The notes under the pieces are model-generated. The model saw only the letters and a program-made list of their open reading frames with translations, had not been told where the DNA came from and did no database searches. Source: Barthelona sp. PCE (taxonomy: Eukaryota). Taken from it: a DNA stretch of 64,000 nucleotides. Numbering within the stretch: position 1 is the first letter of the stretch; the number at the start of each line of letters is the position of its first letter. The stretch lies in the NCBI GenBank assembly GCA_040285745.1, contig JAUFOR010000002.1, forward strand, positions 558,001 to 622,000. Direction: 5' to 3'. Positions 58,672-64,000 of the stretch are shown here, piece after piece. Both the position numbers and the translations under genes were made by a program.

Positions 58672-59001
58672 TAGCATTCTTTCTCTCGCACCTCTCTGTT
58701 CTTAATAAATCGCACACTTTTTAGTATTTTTTTTCTTTTGATTCTCTGAATAATTAGGTGTAATCATTGGTATGTTACCAAATTATTGTTAAGATATGCT
58801 TGAAAATAACGAGTGCATGATAAATTTGCACATTCCGCCCTATTACATAATTGAGGGTATATTTGTCGTTGAATTCTCATAAATTAGATAGTAATGATCT
58901 CCAACAGTTAGTTGATACAGTATTAAGAATATTCCATTCGATTTCACTCTTATTACCCTTTCGTATTATTCAGTCACATACGGGCTTCGAACAATCACAG
59001 C

Positions 59002-61422
59002 ATGATCAATACTGGGTTGGACACACTGTCAGGTCGCAATTTATGTATGTTTTGCAGAGAAATTCAAAGGAATACTTACTCACATTCAGGTAATGGTCAG
59101 ACGTTTCAAAGCACATATCTAGAACACATCAGGGGTCAACCTTCAAGAAGCTTATTGTCGCAACTGGATTCACAAATATCAAACACCACCCTTTCAATCA
59201 AATTATCCAAGCAGTTGGTGAGTAAGGAGGCTATATATCCAGTCATTGAGGCCATTGGTATGAACCCCATTATAAAGTCACTTGATATTTCCTCAAACAG
59301 CCTAACAACTGATGCGCTTAACAATTTATTTGAGGTTTTACATATGAACACATGTGAAAACATATCGCTGAACCTGTCTTCCGTGGGGATGACTAATGAT
59401 AGCGGACTCAATCTTTGCGAATTGTTACGTAAAAGACCTTTGTTAGTTTCTAAACTAACAATGGGTAATAATGATCTTACAGCATCTTTTTGGTCAGAAT
59501 TTATCGCTCTTCTCCCATCTACACGTATCACGGACCTCGATATCAGTAATAATTCATTGAAGGACATGATTGGTGTTAAACTTGTTCGTTGTTTTGTGGA
59601 AACCTCCATTCAAACCATCAATATGCGCCATTGTGACCTGGGCTTCCGCTCCGGCCAGGCATTGCTTGAGTGTCTACGTGGCCATCGATTGATTACGTCT
59701 CTGGATCTTCAAGACAACAAGATCGGATCTTCTTTTCTGAGATTGATTGAACGTCAGGTGAGTGAGAACCTGAGATCTGACGAAGTTGTTCCCGAGCCTA
59801 TCTCTTCTATCGATAAGGAGTTGGGTGCTATTAATGTTGTTACCCCTCTTACGAAATTAGCTTCTTTAGAGTTGCAATCTGAAAAGATAGAGAGTCCTCT
59901 CAAGTCTAGAAACCTTGACAACGTACTTCTAACACAGTCTTCAATTCGTAACAACGTTTTGGCTGGTTCTCCAGAGAAAAAGCAGGTGAAGGCCAAAAGT
60001 ATTAGCGTTCTGGGTGTTGACTGGCATTCGTTGGATTTTTCAAACTTGCGCAGCAATGTTGCACGTGTTCTCAGCGATGATAGGAAGGACTTGAACGCAA
60101 AGATTCGTGGATTAACCACACATTTTCATGAGGCGATGAAGTACCTTGAGAAGTACACTGTTTCTCTTCAGAAAATGGAAAATGAGGCAAACAGAGTATG
60201 TACATTGTACGATGAGCAGCAGAACACATTACAGGATGAGAAGAATAGCATTGATCGAATTAAAGTGAGCTATAATATGCGTCTTACAGAAGTTGAAAAT
60301 CTTAACTTAGAACGAGAACAATTAATTGAGAGGATTAATTATGTCGAGCACAGCAACGAGAATTTCGAGAAGCAGGTACAGGAGTACGAGAATATGTGTA
60401 ACAATCTTGCCAAGGAAAACTCTGAGCTTATTGACCGTGTTAATGTTTTTGAAGGCAGTGACGATAATGTTCTTGTGTTAAAGGGTGAGAATGAGTCACT
60501 ATTGGCTGAGAACGCAAAGCTGAGCAACCAGAACGGTGCATTACACGGAGATTTGAACAGTTTAGTTGTAATGAACGAGAAGTTGAGGCAGTCATTGCGT
60601 CAGAAGCATGAGAAATTGAAAACGTTCAAGCAGAGTAATACTGAGAAGTTGAATGAGGTTGAGAACAACTTTATTTCAGCTCAGAATGAGATTGCTTCTC
60701 AGAAGAAACAAATTCATGATCTTACAATAGCTGAATCAAAGGCTATTAAGTTCAAAAAGCGTGTATTAGCTGATATGAAGCAGATAAATGCTGCTAACAA
60801 GACGCTAACAGATGAAAATGGAATTCTAAAATCTCGTGTAGCTAGTTTGGAGAAGAATTTGAACGAAACAGTAACTGAGCTCAATGTGTTAAAGAAAGAA
60901 CATCAGACATTTAAATTACATGAAACAGAGCGATTTGATAAGAAAATTCGTGATCTTACCAATGAAAAGGATGTTTTACAAACTGAGTTGAATGAAAAAA
61001 GCGAAAGTTTAAGTAATTTATCAGAAGAGATGGTTGAAGAAAGAAAACGTTATATATCATCAACAGCACAGATTGAAGCACTTGAATCTTCTATTAAGAA
61101 GTTGAATAATTCAAAAAAATCATTGTTGAAAGATATTGAGACACTTGAGAATAATGTAGAACAGCAAAAACATGCATATACTGTTGAAATGAAGAAGTTA
61201 AGTAACGATATTGATGAAATTAAGCTCGACAACGAGCGTTTAGAAAGAAAGAATAACAGTTTTTCGAGTGAAATCGAAGATTTGCATAGAGAGAATTCTA
61301 ATTTATCAAAAACAGCTAGAAAAGCAGAACAGTTAAGTAGAGAACTCATTGAGACCAAGCAGGTGTTGGCACAATGTTACGCAGCTTTACAGGATGATGA
61401 TGAAGAGGAAGAAAACAAATAA
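59002..61422 (+). CDS. RNI-like leucine-rich repeat plus coiled-coil protein
   Basis: LxxLDISxNxL repeats (IKSLDISSNSL, ITDLDISNNSL, ITSLDLQDNKIG) followed by a long coiled coil; probable 45-nt intron at 59045-59089. Confidence 0.85.
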   Translation: MINTGLDTLSGRNLCMFCREIQRNTYSHSGNGQTFQSTYLEHIRGQPSRSLLSQLDSQISNTTLSIKLSKQLVSKEAIYPVIEAIGMNPIIKSLDISSNSLTTDALNNLFEVLHMNTCENISLNLSSVGMTNDSGLNLCELLRKRPLLVSKLTMGNNDLTASFWSEFIALLPSTRITDLDISNNSLKDMIGVKLVRCFVETSIQTINMRHCDLGFRSGQALLECLRGHRLITSLDLQDNKIGSSFLRLIERQVSENLRSDEVVPEPISSIDKELGAINVVTPLTKLASLELQSEKIESPLKSRNLDNVLLTQSSIRNNVLAGSPEKKQVKAKSISVLGVDWHSLDFSNLRSNVARVLSDDRKDLNAKIRGLTTHFHEAMKYLEKYTVSLQKMENEANRVCTLYDEQQNTLQDEKNSIDRIKVSYNMRLTEVENLNLEREQLIERINYVEHSNENFEKQVQEYENMCNNLAKENSELIDRVNVFEGSDDNVLVLKGENESLLAENAKLSNQNGALHGDLNSLVVMNEKLRQSLRQKHEKLKTFKQSNTEKLNEVENNFISAQNEIASQKKQIHDLTIAESKAIKFKKRVLADMKQINAANKTLTDENGILKSRVASLEKNLNETVTELNVLKKEHQTFKLHETERFDKKIRDLTNEKDVLQTELNEKSESLSNLSEEMVEERKRYISSTAQIEALESSIKKLNNSKKSLLKDIETLENNVEQQKHAYTVEMKKLSNDIDEIKLDNERLERKNNSFSSEIEDLHRENSNLSKTARKAEQLSRELIETKQVLAQCYAALQDDDEEEENK
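59045..59089 (+). other. Probable 45-nt in-frame spliceosomal intron
   Basis: GTATGT...TTACTCACATTCAG has the same donor type and the same branch-to-AG spacing (CTCAC-N4-AG) as the RPS28 intron. Confidence 0.6.
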
Positions 61423-61468
61423 ATGATTTGAAGTGTTGATGTGGTGTGTCTGATACATGGATATATTC

Positions 61469-61771
61469 TTACAAAATGACAGGGATATCCGCGGATATAT
61501 CTAATCCGATGTCCTGTAACTTGGCACGCATCTCTGTGTATTCCTGCATAAGCATTTCTCTCAGTTTGCTTCTACGCTGTGTAAGACGCTTGTTAGCAAT
61601 CTTTTCTTGCTCGATTACTGAGTTCAGGCGATTTGCTTGGGATGTAAGCATGCGTTTTGTGGAGGTAGCATACCAGTTTGTCGTAACAGCGGATTTCTCC
61701 ATTTTCTGTCTGTCTATATCCCTGTCGTGATAGTAATAGTCACGTTCTATGGACTTTTTGTAGGATTGCAT
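61469..61771 (-). CDS. CFAP141-like small axonemal helical protein
   Basis: EQEKIANKRLTQRRSKLREMLMQEYTEMRAKLQDIGL resembles the CFAP141 C-terminus (from memory); size of about 100 aa fits. Confidence 0.5.
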   Translation of the reverse strand: MQSYKKSIERDYYYHDRDIDRQKMEKSAVTTNWYATSTKRMLTSQANRLNSVIEQEKIANKRLTQRRSKLREMLMQEYTEMRAKLQDIGLDISADIPVIL

Positions 61772-61826
61772 TTGAAAAAGAGGTGATTGTTTGAATTACA
61801 CTTTTTTACCGCATAATATTATCCCA

Positions 61827-63881
61827 ATGCAGGATAATCCAAACACAGGGCTTGGCAACCTTCTCGATGAGGTGCAAAATATACGCACTGTGCTACATGT
61901 TTCGAAAGTGCGCAGCGATTTGCAGCAGCAGTTCAAAACTAGAGCTTTTATTTCACAAACTATGTCTCTCCAAGAGCAGCAGAAGGCGCTTGATCAACAG
62001 CAAAGTCATGTACAGCATAATTTGGTTGATAAGTTGAAGGAAGTTGAACAGAAGACTGTTAACGAGCTTAAGGACTGGAGGACATCACAGATGAATCGCT
62101 CTAAGCAGCGTATTGAGGATACAATTCAAAAAGCTCTTAGCAGAGGCATGCAAACATTTGATAATGTTGAAAGAGATTATAATATTAAACTCAACGCTAT
62201 CAAGCAAGACATTCATGAGAAGCGCCTTAAGGACGCCCAGAACCGCAAGAACATGAGTTATAGTTCCCAAAAAGCAGAAGAATTACGTCAAAAAGCAAAA
62301 GAAACAGCAAAAGAGAAGGCAATGATTCGCGTTAAGACCAGAGAGGTGTTAAAACTGCTGGATGAGCGCGAGGCCAAGAAGAGAAAGCACACAACCCTGA
62401 TCCAGGATAAAAAATTGAAGATCCAGCAGAATCTCCAAGTTTTGAAGAAGAATTGGAAAAAATCCATTATGGAAAGATTGAACATTTATTTCATGAAGAA
62501 ATACTTGCAGTTGCGCATAGAAACGTACAATGCATACGTTAAGAATGGAGAGAATGGACTGTGGAACTTTGAAGAGAAGGAAATATGGAAAATTGTAACT
62601 GGTGACGGAAGCTGGACAGAAGATCAATGGAGTGAGCTTCAGCTCAACATTGATTTTGCGCTTGAGGACTATGATACCATCATAGAGCGTAACGAGGAGC
62701 TATTTAACCTAGAGAGAGAGGAGAAAGGAAAGGAAATGCCGGATTTGTCTAAAGTTACAGCACCTATTTGTGCTCGTGATGAGGAATCCCCCTCAACAGT
62801 TGAGATACCGAAGCCAATAATACCAGCCATAACAACAGTTAACCCCACAACTACCGATCCGATGCTCTATGTTTTGAAGGAGGGATTACTCACCCTGGAT
62901 GACGTCCGCAAGCAGAGACTAGCGTTACTGAATGAGATGTTGATTGAGAGCAGATCAAAGATGCATATTAGATGTTACAATGATGTATTAGAAGAGACAG
63001 AACGTCGAAAGAGACAAATAGCACATGAGCATCATTTGATGCTTAAGGAGGATGAGTATTCCCGTAAATGTCAGGACATTGGTCTTTGGAGAGAGCAGGA
63101 GGAGCAACTCAAGATGTGGAGAGAGGATCGTGTACGTCAGAGCATAGAGTCCCAAGATATGTTGCGATCCTTTGATTCCTCGGCCTTGGGCGACTCTGGA
63201 TTGATGAGCGTCTTGAATAACTTAGAGGAGTCTGCTAAACAGAAGTGGATTATTAAGGAGGAAAGGAGAAAGATGGAGAGACAACGTCAACTGTTACAAG
63301 AAAGAGCTCAGATTGAGGCAGAGCTCGCCAAGCGATTGGAAGCACACAAGTCGATAAGTAAGCAAATGGGAATTGTTGTGGAGGACACAAGCGAGGAAGC
63401 ACAGAACTTCATCAAACAGGATCTGAGTGAAAACTTAGAGACGAATGAATTGGCAGATCAGCGCCGGAAGGAAGAAGAAGAGGTTGAGCGTCTAAGTCGT
63501 AGAAATATGAGACAAGAAGAGCGTAGGAAGAGGGAAGCGGTAACCCGTATGCGTGCTTTATTGTTGAGTGGTGGTCAGTTTATCAAACATGGTCGCCGTG
63601 GTAGACCACATCCTCGTTATGTTGTGCTTGGTGATGACATGGCCACAGTTTTTTGGAGAGATCCCAAGAAGAGCAAGTTCAAGAATTCAATGCACATAGC
63701 AGAGATAACAGATGTTGTTCCTGGAAAGCAGACTGCTGTTTTTGAGAGATCTGACGTTGAACCAGGATTGTGTTTTTCTTTGGTCGGCATTGACAGAACA
63801 CTTGATTTACAATGTGAGACGATTGATGAGAGAGATATGTGGGTCGGTGCATTCCAATACTTGATTACAGGTAATGAATAA
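61827..63881 (+). CDS. Coiled-coil protein with C-terminal PH domain
   Basis: LLSGGQFIKHGRRGRPHPRYV...VPGKQTAVF...CFSLV...RTLDLQC...ERDMWV is a PLC/Mcp5-type PH domain. Start placed at ATG 61827. Confidence 0.85.
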   Translation: MQDNPNTGLGNLLDEVQNIRTVLHVSKVRSDLQQQFKTRAFISQTMSLQEQQKALDQQQSHVQHNLVDKLKEVEQKTVNELKDWRTSQMNRSKQRIEDTIQKALSRGMQTFDNVERDYNIKLNAIKQDIHEKRLKDAQNRKNMSYSSQKAEELRQKAKETAKEKAMIRVKTREVLKLLDEREAKKRKHTTLIQDKKLKIQQNLQVLKKNWKKSIMERLNIYFMKKYLQLRIETYNAYVKNGENGLWNFEEKEIWKIVTGDGSWTEDQWSELQLNIDFALEDYDTIIERNEELFNLEREEKGKEMPDLSKVTAPICARDEESPSTVEIPKPIIPAITTVNPTTTDPMLYVLKEGLLTLDDVRKQRLALLNEMLIESRSKMHIRCYNDVLEETERRKRQIAHEHHLMLKEDEYSRKCQDIGLWREQEEQLKMWREDRVRQSIESQDMLRSFDSSALGDSGLMSVLNNLEESAKQKWIIKEERRKMERQRQLLQERAQIEAELAKRLEAHKSISKQMGIVVEDTSEEAQNFIKQDLSENLETNELADQRRKEEEEVERLSRRNMRQEERRKREAVTRMRALLLSGGQFIKHGRRGRPHPRYVVLGDDMATVFWRDPKKSKFKNSMHIAEITDVVPGKQTAVFERSDVEPGLCFSLVGIDRTLDLQCETIDERDMWVGAFQYLITGNE

Positions 63882-64000
63882 AGAATAGAAAATGTTTGAA
63901 ATTGATTATAAATTGAAATTTTCTTTGAGCAAATCTGAAGCGTTACAGCTTATTGTGTGTTATCTAAGTCCGTTTTTGCGTACTCGAAGGTTAAAATAAG

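Larger units (their letters stand above)
57628..58717 (+). repeat. Inverted repeat, right arm (1090 bp)
   Basis: Mirror of 53304-54394; spans promoter, CDS and an AATAAA after the stop. Confidence 0.95.

Noticed and set aside
53304-58717. Composite DNA transposon
   Set aside because: No transposase-like ORF, no target-site duplication, and the arms are complete gene copies rather than terminal repeats.

Overview
Compact, AT-rich, intron-poor eukaryotic genomic DNA using the standard genetic code. It comes from a flagellated protist; the intron signals resemble those of metamonads, but that taxon assignment is inference. About half the window is two giant, highly divergent dynein heavy chain-like genes. 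One is a minus-strand ORF from 13902 running off the window start, which the ORF track missed because no stop is in view; the other is 28715-44779. Both keep the dynein domain order but have lost the Walker A/B motifs at the AAA sites I could align, so they look like motor-dead 'pseudo-dyneins'. Other genes: thiamine pyrophosphokinase, a Qc-SNARE, RPS28 with a structured intron, a CCDC28-like protein, a TTLL4/5-like tubulin glutamylase, a protein kinase, a B-box protein, a PP2A-family phosphatase, a FUSC/ArAE-like membrane protein, a divergent cullin, a coiled-coil protein with ~16.6 near-identical 80-aa repeats, an Atg22/UMF1-like MFS transporter, a DUF1963/YwqG-like protein, LRR and PH-domain coiled-coil proteins and a CFAP141-like protein. 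A 1.09-kb inverted duplication (53304-54394 / 57628-58717) carries a G-quadruplex promoter and a secreted-protein gene; one copy is frameshifted and a diverged third paralog lies between the copies. A GC-rich, structured intergenic island at ~53035-53230 is a candidate ncRNA with telomerase-RNA-like features. All family calls are by eye from remembered motifs; no searches were run.
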